Of a stretch of 63,049 bases of DNA, positions 16,756 to 26,613 are shown piece after piece. Each line of letters starts with the position of its first letter. The stretch's first letter is position 1. The translations under genes and the position numbers were made by a program. This DNA comes from a virus (lineage: Duplodnaviria; Caudoviricetes): positions 1-63,049 of the IMG/VR virus record IMGVR_UViG_3300027782_000082. One strand, 5' to 3'. A model generated the notes under the pieces. The model was not told where the DNA came from. It saw only the letters and a list, made by a program, of their open reading frames with translations, and ran no database searches.

Positions 16756-17774
16756 ATGAAGTCGTGCATGTTGGCATAACGTGTAAGGCTAGGTATTGAA
16801 GGATACTTGGTCTTATACTTGAAGTATTCAAAGTCTCCGTTACATTCCAAGATCAATTTCTTAGCTGGTAGCTTGTAGCTGTACCAGTCGGTCAACACCT
16901 TGTCCTCATCCGTATACAATGCCCATAGCTGGAATTCTTTGGTTTCAAAGAAATGCAACACACGTTGAGCCATGGCATTGACCAACTCCGGAGTAGGAGC
17001 ATGGCTTACTAGGCGGAACTTAACTGCTTGCCATTTGGTAGCAAAATTCAACCACCAGAAGCAGTCATGATTTGATAACATCTTCCTTGGTGCCTGCTCA
17101 AGCAAAACTTTGATCATCTCATGGCAATTCACGACCTGTGTATGGTCTTTGACTTTTGCCAACAGCCAAGGCAACCCTTGTGTTTCAAAGTTACCATGTA
17201 TCACTGAAAAGTCTCCAGTGTGATCCATATAGCTCTTGAGTGTCAAGCTACCAAAGATGTTGTCAGCAAATTCGCCTGTGACACATACATAACGATCATC
17301 CTGTATCAGTGTATGGAATTCGCTTGCATTGATCAATCGATCAGCAAATCCAGGTATGATATACTTTTCAAAGAACGTAGGATTTTCTCTCACGGAATCT
17401 TCGTTGAATGCCAAGTGTATGTGCTCTGCATGCTTGTTCCAGTCTGGGTGCATCAGCGCAAGGCATACGATAAGCGTAGAATCAATGCCGCCTGAATAGA
17501 AGATAACAATATCCTTACCTGCATCAATTTGATCTACAATCCCTTGCCATCTATCTTCGCATATTTCTCTGAAGCTACGTGGCTTTGCTTTTTCTGGAAT
17601 ATGATCCAGCACAAGACAGTCAACAGGAGGTATATCAATTGCCCCTGTACGATCTATCAAGCTAATTGATCCATTGAACATGCTACAGAAAGCGGCTTCC
17701 TTGGCATATTTCTGCTTGATCTCAGGTATGCTGAACAATGCCTGTGGTGTGTAATAAACAAGTTTCTGGGTCAT
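16692..17774 (-). CDS. PP-loop ATP pyrophosphatase, asparagine-synthetase-like (no glutaminase domain)
   Basis: IFYSGGIDST and VTGEFADNIFG; late K motif (YKLPAK). Confidence 0.8.
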   Translation of the reverse strand: MTQKLVYYTPQALFSIPEIKQKYAKEAAFCSMFNGSISLIDRTGAIDIPPVDCLVLDHIPEKAKPRSFREICEDRWQGIVDQIDAGKDIVIFYSGGIDSTLIVCLALMHPDWNKHAEHIHLAFNEDSVRENPTFFEKYIIPGFADRLINASEFHTLIQDDRYVCVTGEFADNIFGSLTLKSYMDHTGDFSVIHGNFETQGLPWLLAKVKDHTQVVNCHEMIKVLLEQAPRKMLSNHDCFWWLNFATKWQAVKFRLVSHAPTPELVNAMAQRVLHFFETKEFQLWALYTDEDKVLTDWYSYKLPAKKLILECNGDFEYFKYKTKYPSIPSLTRYANMHDFIYLDETTGIFTASKSFLALGS

Positions 17775-18403
17775 AGTAACATATTGGTAAAGAGGTCTTT
17801 GTCGATAGCACCGTGGACCTTTTCCAATTCCTCTAAAGCCTTTGCTCGCTTGATAGCGGTCATATGTCTAATCCTTAATCTTTCCAACTTGCGCACATGT
17901 GTCATTGCATTTTCATGTTTGACTTTTATCAATCTGGCAGCATGCTCCATCTTCATTCCTGTTTCAAGGGCATAGTCTGCAACCAATCCATCATAGTAGT
18001 ATACGGAGTCGTCTTTATTTTCCAGTATGTCAAGTGCTTCTTTGTACTTGCGTTCGTATACCAAATCAAGTTCTGGCATCAGGCTTTTGGCCTTGTGCCA
18101 TCCATGTTCTATCCTTCCTCTAAATAGATTGAATAACTTGTGCTTGTACATGATCAACTTGCTTAGTTGTCGTGTATCGTCTTTGCGTTCAACTTTTTCT
18201 AGGTATACTGCGCGATGGCCGTTGTAACGAATACGGAAGTCAAACTGCCCCGCACGTAGCCATTCTATTTCTTCATCTTTGAGAGCAAATATTTTTGGTA
18301 TGACATTGAAGTATGGTTCAGTCAGCCATTGCAACTCTTCCATGTCTTCACATGCATATACTACTTCATTCTCAATATTGGCAGCAACGCAAAGCCAACC
18401 CAT
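17771..18403 (-). CDS. Hypothetical protein resembling tail-fibre assembly/associated helical proteins
   Basis: YERKYKEA...LVADYALETG....AARLIKVKH...LERLR....I..A helical pattern; recognised by eye only. Confidence 0.5.
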   Translation of the reverse strand: MGWLCVAANIENEVVYACEDMEELQWLTEPYFNVIPKIFALKDEEIEWLRAGQFDFRIRYNGHRAVYLEKVERKDDTRQLSKLIMYKHKLFNLFRGRIEHGWHKAKSLMPELDLVYERKYKEALDILENKDDSVYYYDGLVADYALETGMKMEHAARLIKVKHENAMTHVRKLERLRIRHMTAIKRAKALEELEKVHGAIDKDLFTNMLL

Positions 18404-19311
18404 TACACGATCTCCACAGGAGTCGCATTCTCATTGTGTCGCCAGGCTCTGTACCATTGACTCCAGAGACGCTTGGTTTCGCGCCAGGGTGATACAAATG
18501 GTACCAACAACAAGCAAGGATCAAACTCCCACCACTTGCCACTCACAGTAGTACCAAAGTCAAAATGCCTTGGACTCTTGTGATGATTGTTGTGCCATCC
18601 TTGTCCCCAGGCCAACCAGCCAACCAATGGCACATTCACACTCTGATCTTTTGTGTTGTAGTAGCGATAACCTGCACCCGGAAAATGACACACAGAATTT
18701 ACCACGCTGTCACTGTGTAGAGAAAACATTGTTGGTATCACAAAAAACCAAAATGCAAACATAGGATCAATCGCCATCATCACTGCCAATGTTCCCCATA
18801 GTACATAATTATAATGCTTGTGATGCCACACCATGCTCTTGTCTTTGAGATATTCTATACCATACTTCAAATTGATAGTATCGTGTTTTACTTTCAACAT
18901 CCAGCCCATATAGGCATGCCAGAATCCATCCTTAGGAGTATGTATGTCTCTTTCGGGATTGTCAGCATGCGCATGATGATATCCTCTATGCAGAGCGGCC
19001 CACCAAATAGCACTGCCTTGGCAACTGCATACCATTATCCAATGCATTATTGGTCGCATAAAAGGACGCACTTCAATTGACTTATGGCTGACCCATCTAT
19101 GTAGTCCAACACATGCACCAAGTCCGCCAAATATCACCCAACCGGCCACAAACCAGGCGGCATACATCCAGTCCCAGCTTTGATATCCAAGATACAATCC
19201 ATATACTGCTAAAATATGAAATGGTATCAAGACTGCAAAAACATAAGGCACTTGTTTTGTTGCACGATATGTTGCGATGTTATCGTCTAAGAATTGTTTT
19301 AGTTTTGTCAT
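18403..19311 (-). CDS. Delta-9-type acyl-CoA/acyl-lipid fatty acid desaturase
   Basis: His boxes HRWVSH, HRGYHHAH and GWHNNHH; D.H.P..GFWHAYMGW; VNSVCH. Confidence 0.92.
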   Translation of the reverse strand: MTKLKQFLDDNIATYRATKQVPYVFAVLIPFHILAVYGLYLGYQSWDWMYAAWFVAGWVIFGGLGACVGLHRWVSHKSIEVRPFMRPIMHWIMVCSCQGSAIWWAALHRGYHHAHADNPERDIHTPKDGFWHAYMGWMLKVKHDTINLKYGIEYLKDKSMVWHHKHYNYVLWGTLAVMMAIDPMFAFWFFVIPTMFSLHSDSVVNSVCHFPGAGYRYYNTKDQSVNVPLVGWLAWGQGWHNNHHKSPRHFDFGTTVSGKWWEFDPCLLLVPFVSPWRETKRLWSQWYRAWRHNENATPVEIV

Positions 19312-19889
19312 TTTTCGTCTGGCTCCATGCGTTCTCTACGTTTTACATACCTCCGCAGATTTACGTCAAAATTGTGTATTGCATAACCTAGCATACTATG
19401 ATAAACTGGCCACGGACTACGAGTTCCAGCCGGAATAGTACACTCTACCCATGTTATATATCTCTCACGCAAGAAACGCATAATTTTACGGTAGCTTTCT
19501 TCTCTACCACCAGGGCTTGACACATACCATTCATTTATGCCAATGCTTTCGTGATAGTCGCACAATGCCATGATCATGTCGCGGAAATTACGTACCATTG
19601 CCATGTTCTTTTGATTACTGAGCACAAAGCTCAATAACCATACAGGTTGATATTGCATGCGTCGGATACCAGCTACCATCACAAGATTGCCTTCGCTGTC
19701 GTATACGCCCAGCGTTTTACGCCACTCATGTCCACCAATGTTTTCTGGAACCAAGAACAATTCAAACATACGAGAATCTGGCTGTAGTGCTACAGGGTAA
19801 GTGTCTTTGGGATTGGCATAGGTTGCCTGTGCCAGTGCTTTGATGTCATCTAGGCTAGACATATCTAGCCATTTCATATTGTCTTGCAT
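19308..19889 (-). CDS. Hypothetical protein, possible GNAT-like acyltransferase fold
   Basis: LGVYD..GNLVMVAGI...WLLSFV beta pattern and helix ...CDYHESIGINEWY. Confidence 0.55.
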   Translation of the reverse strand: MQDNMKWLDMSSLDDIKALAQATYANPKDTYPVALQPDSRMFELFLVPENIGGHEWRKTLGVYDSEGNLVMVAGIRRMQYQPVWLLSFVLSNQKNMAMVRNFRDMIMALCDYHESIGINEWYVSSPGGREESYRKIMRFLRERYITWVECTIPAGTRSPWPVYHSMLGYAIHNFDVNLRRYVKRRERMEPDEK

Positions 19890-20863
19890 ACGCTCACCTT
19901 GCCTTGTTTCATGTTCTTTATCAATTCATGTGCACCAAACTCGTATATCCTGGGTTCAGTCGCAAATAATAGATTGGCGCATTGATGTTCTACATCTGTC
20001 CATATGTGGAATAACTTTTCTACTCCAGTGCGCTTGGGTCTTGGCTTAAACGGATATCGAGTCAATGAACCGTAAATTTCATTCTTGCTAGATGTCCATC
20101 CCATCTTGCCTGGCATCTGATCAGTTATCAATCTGTTGACCACATAGCCTTCAAGGAAAGCCAGCATGGTCTCTGGGTTATATGTATAAAAGTTGTTGTA
20201 CGCTGGTATACCAGTCTTGGCAACAAACCTACGCCATACACCGTCCTGATCTTCTTTCTTCAAGAATACCCAATGCATACGATGCTCGCCTGTTTTCAAC
20301 AAGTGATCCATGTCTGGTGTTTTTTCTATTTCTACTTCATCAATAGTGATCATTGGTTCAGCAAAGTTTTCAGCAACCTTGCATAGCACTTGCTGATAAA
20401 ATGTATAGCTCTGATATTCTTTGCATATACGCTGCCAGTCTCCGCTTTCGTAAAATGCCACCGGATCAAAGTCCAAGTAAGTCGGTGTCAAGCCAGCAGC
20501 CTCACAAAAGCCAGTTGCTTGATCCACGTCTGCGTTGTTTAGATCGTCTTTGAATTTCACAATGACTGGTCTAAAAGGAGCACGGCTTTCCATCCAGGCC
20601 TGCAATGCGATTTCGCTGTCAAGGCCGCCGCTGAAAAATACTGCTATTGGTTCTTTGTGTTTGCGTGAAATTATCTTTGTTGTGCGTATGAGCTCACCGC
20701 GGAATGTCAATCTAGGACGTACACTATGTCCAACTGTGCTAACTGTTTGTTGCCAGTCGTCGTCTCTGAATATTTTCAAAGGATCGTTATCATACCAATA
20801 CTTGATATGATTGTTTTCAGTGAATTCAAATTTATCGTAAAGGTTATTCGGAGATAGCATCAA
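19874..20863 (-). CDS. Second PP-loop (SGGxDS) ATP pyrophosphatase
   Basis: IAVFFSGGLDSE; C-terminal SSK..IY....RPK.TG.E. Confidence 0.75.
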   Translation of the reverse strand: MMLSPNNLYDKFEFTENNHIKYWYDNDPLKIFRDDDWQQTVSTVGHSVRPRLTFRGELIRTTKIISRKHKEPIAVFFSGGLDSEIALQAWMESRAPFRPVIVKFKDDLNNADVDQATGFCEAAGLTPTYLDFDPVAFYESGDWQRICKEYQSYTFYQQVLCKVAENFAEPMITIDEVEIEKTPDMDHLLKTGEHRMHWVFLKKEDQDGVWRRFVAKTGIPAYNNFYTYNPETMLAFLEGYVVNRLITDQMPGKMGWTSSKNEIYGSLTRYPFKPRPKRTGVEKLFHIWTDVEHQCANLLFATEPRIYEFGAHELIKNMKQGKVSVCKTI

Positions 20864-21461
20864 GACCCTCCGTCAATGATTTTAGTATATCAACAGAATG
20901 TCTTCCTGTTGGTTTGATCACGCACCACTGGTTAACAAATCGAACTTTTATCGGACGAGCGATAACAACACAGTCATCCCACCAGTTGCTCCAGATTTTA
21001 TCAAGTCCTGGTGCGCTACCAGAAACCTTGCGCTTGATACCATCATAGATCCACTTGTTGTAGTCATTGAATGTTAACATCATGCCAGCCATATCGTTTT
21101 GTGTTGACCACTCAAGATTAGATCCTAACAGCATGTTAGATACTACATTCTTACCTCTGTAGGGTTTCAGCACCCATGTGCGTATACCGCCAATTGACAG
21201 CAATGCTTGTTCGGTTTTCTCTACACAACTGACACCTACCACTTCTTCCTGATCATTTATCAGTATAGCAATTTCACCTTTATCAGCAGTCCAGCGTTTC
21301 TTGTTTTCAATGTTCCACAGCAAGCCTGATTCTGAATCAAGTCCCATGTTCTTGCTTGCCGGAATTTTTGGGTTATCAAGGATGATTTGCTGTACGAATC
21401 GAACCAGCAAATTGTACAAGGCAGGATCAATGGTATCACTTGACGTAGTAACTATTTTCAT
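20844..21461 (-). CDS. GNAT-family acyltransferase
   Basis: VVGVSCV...GIRTWVLKPYRGKNV. Start moved to ATG 21461, 5 nt after TAAATA. Confidence 0.7.
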   Translation of the reverse strand: MKIVTTSSDTIDPALYNLLVRFVQQIILDNPKIPASKNMGLDSESGLLWNIENKKRWTADKGEIAILINDQEEVVGVSCVEKTEQALLSIGGIRTWVLKPYRGKNVVSNMLLGSNLEWSTQNDMAGMMLTFNDYNKWIYDGIKRKVSGSAPGLDKIWSNWWDDCVVIARPIKVRFVNQWCVIKPTGRHSVDILKSLTEGLDAISE

Positions 21462-21489
21462 ACTGCTATTTATGTTGGTATATAATTGC

Positions 21490-22017
21490 CTAGTCATCCA
21501 CCCGCATCATTAGATGTAATCGGCTATCATCACCACCATTGAATGCTGTATGCAATCTTTTGGTATCTGCATACCAAATATGCCCGTCAGCTTCCATGTG
21601 TATTAGTCGCTGTTCATTGACGAAAAGGAAATATGATTTTGGATTGGTGTGTATTACGATGTGTAGTGTACGATGAAAGTCTTGATGTACGCTGTAGCAT
21701 TTACGTGGAGTTAGTCGGGCAATACGAGTCCTGCTTACTTTGTATGGTAAGTTCCTTATAAATGATTCCCACCAGGTACCTTTCAACTTTGGATGCATCT
21801 CATCAAATTTTGAAAGGTCTTCGCCTCCAGGTATTGCACCTGTTCCTTCATACCAATCATCTATTCCGCCTGTTTGTAAGCATACCTGGTTGCGATCATC
21901 AAACGGAACATCGGTCAGCAGGCTCCATGTTTCGGCACGAAGCCTTGTAAGGTCTACAGTCTGTTCCAACTTACGGAACAGGAATATCTCTTCATTTTTT
22001 AGGCTCAAATAAGACAT
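21490..22017 (-). CDS. Aspartyl/asparaginyl beta-hydroxylase-like Fe(II)/2OG oxygenase
   Basis: YSVHQD, LHIVIHTN and DT..LHTAFNGG...RLHLM. Confidence 0.8.
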   Translation of the reverse strand: MSYLSLKNEEIFLFRKLEQTVDLTRLRAETWSLLTDVPFDDRNQVCLQTGGIDDWYEGTGAIPGGEDLSKFDEMHPKLKGTWWESFIRNLPYKVSRTRIARLTPRKCYSVHQDFHRTLHIVIHTNPKSYFLFVNEQRLIHMEADGHIWYADTKRLHTAFNGGDDSRLHLMMRVDD

Positions 22018-22543
22018 TGGTTATCCTAAAATCTCTATTGTCATTTTCATCTAATGTCCAGGCTATTACTTCAGCAACACTAGCCGGAGACATTTTGGCA
22101 GCTTCAACATTTGCACCCATTTCAGTTCCTTCTACCCAGCCTGGTCGCAACAACACAATATTAGGATAAGGCGAGCTTGCTTGCAACTGCTTGACTCCTG
22201 CATCCAATGCAATTTTATGTATTTGATATAGATTAGAAAAGTTTCTGTACATTTCAGTGATATGGCTTCCTAGTACCACTATAGTTTTATCTTTCCTGCC
22301 TCGCCATTTTGACCAAATTCGATATAACATTTCCACGTTGGCAAATCCGGCATTTGCCACAATCATTACTGTGTTATACTGGTCTAGCGCATTTACCACA
22401 CGTTCTCTGGCAGTAGCCTGCTCCATGTCAAAATTTCCGTCTGATCGACTGAGCCCAGAAACCTGATGGCCATCTGCTTTCATTTTTTCAGATATAGCTT
22501 TACCTAGTGCGCCGTTGTGTCCTAATATCAATATTTTTCGCAT
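21992..22543 (-). CDS. Short-chain dehydrogenase/reductase
   Basis: ILILGHNGALG, NAG, S...YQIHK (YxxxK) and RPGWV. Confidence 0.85.
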   Translation of the reverse strand: MRKILILGHNGALGKAISEKMKADGHQVSGLSRSDGNFDMEQATARERVVNALDQYNTVMIVANAGFANVEMLYRIWSKWRGRKDKTIVVLGSHITEMYRNFSNLYQIHKIALDAGVKQLQASSPYPNIVLLRPGWVEGTEMGANVEAAKMSPASVAEVIAWTLDENDNRDFRITNVLFEPKK

Positions 22544-23178
22544 TACTTTGTTCCTATCAACATGAATCGAGTGTAGCCGCTGCCTGCATCTGTTTTATAA
22601 GCGCCTGAATACACTATGTTGCCGAGTCCGGACTGTTGTTCAAACTCTTGTAAATCTTTGCTACATCTAATGTGTTCCTTGCACGAGAAGAAATCGTTGC
22701 CTTGTAACACAACTGTAGTTCCTGCTGGAATACGATCGAACCATCTATCGTATGTATCCTGATCAACATGTTCACAGCTGGTATTGATTACCACAGTGGG
22801 CGCATGATCGTAATGCCATTCATCCATGCTTGAAGTAAATGCTTTGAATCTCCATTGATTCATTTCATTTGCTTTGTTCATATGATCTGCTACAGGCTCA
22901 CATTCAGGATCAATGTCAATGCTACGTATGAACTTGATAGGAAATGCGGCAGAATCAAATAGCATCACAGACAGTGACCCGTACCATCCGCCGAAGATGT
23001 GTATCACTTGTGATTCAGATCCTTTAAGGATCACGTCATTGAGTTGATCAACAAGCCATGCTTTGCTTTCAATCTGACCTCGCCAGAAGCAATCTAGTAT
23101 GCGCTGTGTCTTATCTGGAAATTGCCTAAGTGTATCAGCAATCCACAGTATGCTTTCATTGCTGAAATGTTTGTTCAT
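22543..23178 (-). CDS. Class I SAM-dependent methyltransferase-like protein
   Basis: IHIFGGWYG, SIDIDP and VINTSCEH. Confidence 0.7.
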   Translation of the reverse strand: MNKHFSNESILWIADTLRQFPDKTQRILDCFWRGQIESKAWLVDQLNDVILKGSESQVIHIFGGWYGSLSVMLFDSAAFPIKFIRSIDIDPECEPVADHMNKANEMNQWRFKAFTSSMDEWHYDHAPTVVINTSCEHVDQDTYDRWFDRIPAGTTVVLQGNDFFSCKEHIRCSKDLQEFEQQSGLGNIVYSGAYKTDAGSGYTRFMLIGTK

Positions 23179-23842
23179 ATCGTTCTTTCAACCAGGCGTA
23201 ATCATTGATCATTTCAATTGTACTGTTGCTCAGTCCGTATTCTTTTCCTGCGTTGGCTCCAGCAAGTATTGCCCTACTATATTCACCGGTAGCAGTTGTG
23301 GTCCAGATGTTTAGTTTTTCTTCAGACACGGTGACACTACCATGTGATAGTTTTGCACATTCTCTAAAAGCGCCTCGCCAGGCAGTCCAGTTACTGGCAG
23401 CAAATCTGTTTTCGCATGCTACCCAATCAAGTGGCATAATGCAAGAAGAGATACCAGTGGTTACATCCACAGAGCCTACATGATCCAGAGTCAACTGCTT
23501 GGGCAACAGCTTGAGTCCGCCGTTACCGTATTTTAGTCCGTTGTAGGGATTGATACTGCTCCAAACAAATACACAATCAGATATTTCTTTATTGTTGTAT
23601 GGGTATGGCAGATAGATAGTATCAAACCATTCAGCAGTAAAGTTCCAATCATCGTGTATCCATGCATCGCCATCCACTACAAAGAAAGAGCTGGTAGAGC
23701 TTTGTTGTGCTGCCGCCTGATGTGCCTGTAGTATGCCTTTGACCCCGTGTATCCTTCTTGCACCAGGTGCAAATTTCAACAGGCGTTGCCAATTGACTTC
23801 TGCATCTGGTTCGTCATAACTGATAAAGAATATATCATACAT
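23156..23842 (-). CDS. GT-A glycosyltransferase-like protein
   Basis: FISYDEP, VVDGD (DxD), YGNGGLKL and AWRGAFRE; clear paralogue of 23842-24816. Confidence 0.75.
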   Translation of the reverse strand: MYDIFFISYDEPDAEVNWQRLLKFAPGARRIHGVKGILQAHQAAAQQSSTSSFFVVDGDAWIHDDWNFTAEWFDTIYLPYPYNNKEISDCVFVWSSINPYNGLKYGNGGLKLLPKQLTLDHVGSVDVTTGISSCIMPLDWVACENRFAASNWTAWRGAFRECAKLSHGSVTVSEEKLNIWTTTATGEYSRAILAGANAGKEYGLSNSTIEMINDYAWLKERYEQTFQQ

Positions 23843-24816
23843 CAGAAGCCATCCACACCTTGTATGACTTGATCTTCTTTAATCATTGGTCCTAGTCTGT
23901 TGGGATTGATGTAGCTTTCTTTGAAGAATCTTGAACCATTCTCATCAAGCTCGGCAATTGACAAGTTTGCTTTGGTGCGTAGCTCTGTGCCAAGAAATTT
24001 AATATCATTCTTTAGTGTTTCAATATTCCATTGCCAACCTGTGGCTTTGCAGATTTCTTTGCCACCTGCAAAATCAGGTTGAACTGTATTGAACCAATGT
24101 TCATCGTGCCATTCAAAGTCACGCACATCAACGTAGTTGAATGTCTTATCAAACAATGTACGCATGGTACCAAGCCGTGCTCCATACATGGCCCATAGAC
24201 CGTTTTCGGCATCAGCACCAACACTCTGCCAGACCAAAAGTCTACGCAGATTCTTGGGATGCACACGCTGTCGCAGTTCGCCTACGCTGACAGGTATGCC
24301 GCCAGCTAGACACATCTTGACTCCTTCTCTGAATCCGGCACGGAAGGCTTGATATGCGCTGCCATTGTTGTATGTCCAGCAGTACACATTGTTCATCTGG
24401 TGGTAGTGTATATCCCAACAGAAGTCTACTTGTGCGCTGGCAGCTTCGGCGGCTTCGTGTGTTTTCATGCTCATCACCACACTCTTAGGCCAGAGTTTGA
24501 TACCGCCATTGCCATATATGAGCCCATTGACTGCATTCTTGCCTGCCCAGCTGATTACATCAGTGGGTCCAACTTTGCTCATGTCCAGTTCAATGTTGAA
24601 GAAGTCGTCCCATACCACATTGTCTGCATCTATGGTGATGAATCGTTCAGTGTCACTGAGTGCGGCAGCGGCTTTGTGACAAGCATCGCTCCCCTTGACT
24701 CCATGACTGCGTTTGGCCCATGGAGCCTTGGTCAAGAGATCGGCAAAATTTGCATCAGCATTGGGTTCATCGTAGCTGATAAACACGATGTCAAATTCAT
24801 TAATTGGAGTTAACAT
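23842..24816 (-). CDS. GT-A glycosyltransferase-like protein
   Basis: FISYDEP, TIDAD, YGNGGIKL and AFRAGFREG. Confidence 0.75.
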   Translation of the reverse strand: MLTPINEFDIVFISYDEPNADANFADLLTKAPWAKRSHGVKGSDACHKAAAALSDTERFITIDADNVVWDDFFNIELDMSKVGPTDVISWAGKNAVNGLIYGNGGIKLWPKSVVMSMKTHEAAEAASAQVDFCWDIHYHQMNNVYCWTYNNGSAYQAFRAGFREGVKMCLAGGIPVSVGELRQRVHPKNLRRLLVWQSVGADAENGLWAMYGARLGTMRTLFDKTFNYVDVRDFEWHDEHWFNTVQPDFAGGKEICKATGWQWNIETLKNDIKFLGTELRTKANLSIAELDENGSRFFKESYINPNRLGPMIKEDQVIQGVDGF

Positions 24817-25813
24817 ACTCAGAGTCCTTCATGTATATCTTAATATACTGGTTACTTGTCAAAAAGTCAAGATTATCAAAGTCTAATCCTTTAAGATGTC
24901 CTGTGTCAATTCTGAATGACTTTTTGCTTGAAATCATATCAATTGGTATGTTGATATTGCCAATCAATGCATCTGGGTGCTCACGCTGTGTGATCCAAAT
25001 TTTAATGTTTGATTGGATGTTGTAGTTTGCTGGATCATTTATTGTGCTATCACATATCAGATGCTCACCGTGCATGCGGAAGTTAAGATGCGCATAGTCT
25101 TCTGACCGAGATGCAGGGATCACTCTTGTGCGATTGACACGTACCACTCGTTCAATTTGATTTTCTTGCCAAGTCCACGAGTAGGTACAGAAATTCTTAT
25201 GGCTAATGACTTCGATATCGTCAAGATTGCACTCGGCCAGCCAGTCTGCTTTTTCTTCCATCAACTCATCATTGGTAATGTCAAATTCAAATGAGTGTTT
25301 GGCCAACAGATATCCAGTGTTCTTATCTCTAATAAAGAACTTGATTGCCTGGCGCTGGCTGTGGGCAATCTGATCTTCATTGCCTTTTCTAAACATGTTG
25401 ATAAATGCATCGTGGTTTACAATCAATTCGCATTTCTTTTGATTCTTATAGAAGCTGAGTGCAAACTGGCTGGAGATATCATGTTCTGCCACATAATCAA
25501 TAAACTGTAGCTCATGCGTTTCGCCCAATAGGTTCCCCCATTCGGTGATATGCATCAATCTTTTTACTTCTTGCTCCGGGTCATACCCTATCAGATATTC
25601 TTTGATTGCAACATCGCCGCTGAGCAGTTCGATACACACATCTGATTCCGATACAATGAAGTTTCCTTCGTCGCTGTGAGAATTTGGTGCAATGCCTGTT
25701 ATTTTTCCTGTGACACTATCATACCATATGCTAAATTTTTCCACAGCATTCCTAGGGCGAAACAAAAAAGAAATATCTACATCGTCGGTCACAGGCTTAT
25801 TTTTTCTAGCCAT
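24800..25813 (-). CDS. Hypothetical protein
   Basis: 337 aa; overlaps both neighbours in the operon. Confidence 0.8.
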   Translation of the reverse strand: MARKNKPVTDDVDISFLFRPRNAVEKFSIWYDSVTGKITGIAPNSHSDEGNFIVSESDVCIELLSGDVAIKEYLIGYDPEQEVKRLMHITEWGNLLGETHELQFIDYVAEHDISSQFALSFYKNQKKCELIVNHDAFINMFRKGNEDQIAHSQRQAIKFFIRDKNTGYLLAKHSFEFDITNDELMEEKADWLAECNLDDIEVISHKNFCTYSWTWQENQIERVVRVNRTRVIPASRSEDYAHLNFRMHGEHLICDSTINDPANYNIQSNIKIWITQREHPDALIGNINIPIDMISSKKSFRIDTGHLKGLDFDNLDFLTSNQYIKIYMKDSEYVNSN

Positions 25814-26613
25814 GCTTCAACCTTTGCTATATAGTCACCACTCAAATAAACTAGTCCTTGCTGTCTAAAATTTTCTACTCGTATGTGCGGAGTATCTTTG
25901 GTAACCCACCAGATATCAAGCCAGTTGTACCAATCTTTGCTGACCCAGTTGCTGTCTCGAGCAAAATCTCTTCTGCTAAAATTGCGATAGTTGAGTATGT
26001 CTGTTTTAGAACATTCATCGTCGTTTGTTTGGCATACAAAGCTAATGACATTGTCTAGTGTCAGTTCTTTCATTGCACCGTCGCTTATTTCTCTACCAAT
26101 GCTTTGCCAAGCAAGTGAGTATTCTTCAAGGGCTTTGAAAAATGATCTAGACATGTCGTCCTTGTTAAGGAACAGGCACTTGGTACTGATAATGGGCCAG
26201 CCATGCTTGGACATTGACTTTTGCGCATTCCATGTCAATGCCGTATCCACATTGTGCTCTCTAAAGTCTAACACACTCTTAGAGATGTATACTCCAGATG
26301 TCAAATTACGTGTAACAGCATTATGTATTGGAGTAAATGAAAAAAGATTTTCATCAAGGTACAGTATGCTATCTCCCTGTATCAAAGGCAGCGTTTTAGC
26401 CAGGAAGCTGACAGCATTGTCATTTTCTTCTCTTGCTTCATATATGTGATCAAATAGTTTTATGTTAACGCCAAGGTCTTTTGCTGAACCACTCAGCACT
26501 AGATTGATTGTGCAATCTTTATTCAGCAGTCTCAGCAGTCGCGTGTTGGCTTCAACTGCACGATATCGATCTTTGATGTTTTCTCCATTGATGACAAACG
26601 CAATGTTTAGCAT
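25789..26613 (-). CDS. Degenerate GT-A glycosyltransferase-like protein
   Basis: LFDHI and SILYLDEN (DxN) align in outline with 26607-27518; GGAGG RBS before MLNIAF. Confidence 0.6.
   Translation of the reverse strand: MLNIAFVINGENIKDRYRAVEANTRLLRLLNKDCTINLVLSGSAKDLGVNIKLFDHIYEAREENDNAVSFLAKTLPLIQGDSILYLDENLFSFTPIHNAVTRNLTSGVYISKSVLDFREHNVDTALTWNAQKSMSKHGWPIISTKCLFLNKDDMSRSFFKALEEYSLAWQSIGREISDGAMKELTLDNVISFVCQTNDDECSKTDILNYRNFSRRDFARDSNWVSKDWYNWLDIWWVTKDTPHIRVENFRQQGLVYLSGDYIAKVEAWLEKISL

Noticed and set aside
16692-20863. Lasso-peptide cluster because of the AsnB-like genes
   Set aside because: No transglutaminase-like leader peptidase, RRE or precursor with a leader motif was found nearby.
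19874-20863. QueC / 7-deazaguanine DNA modification pathway
   Set aside because: It lacks the QueC C-terminal Cys zinc motif, and no folE, queD, queE or dpdA genes are seen in the window.
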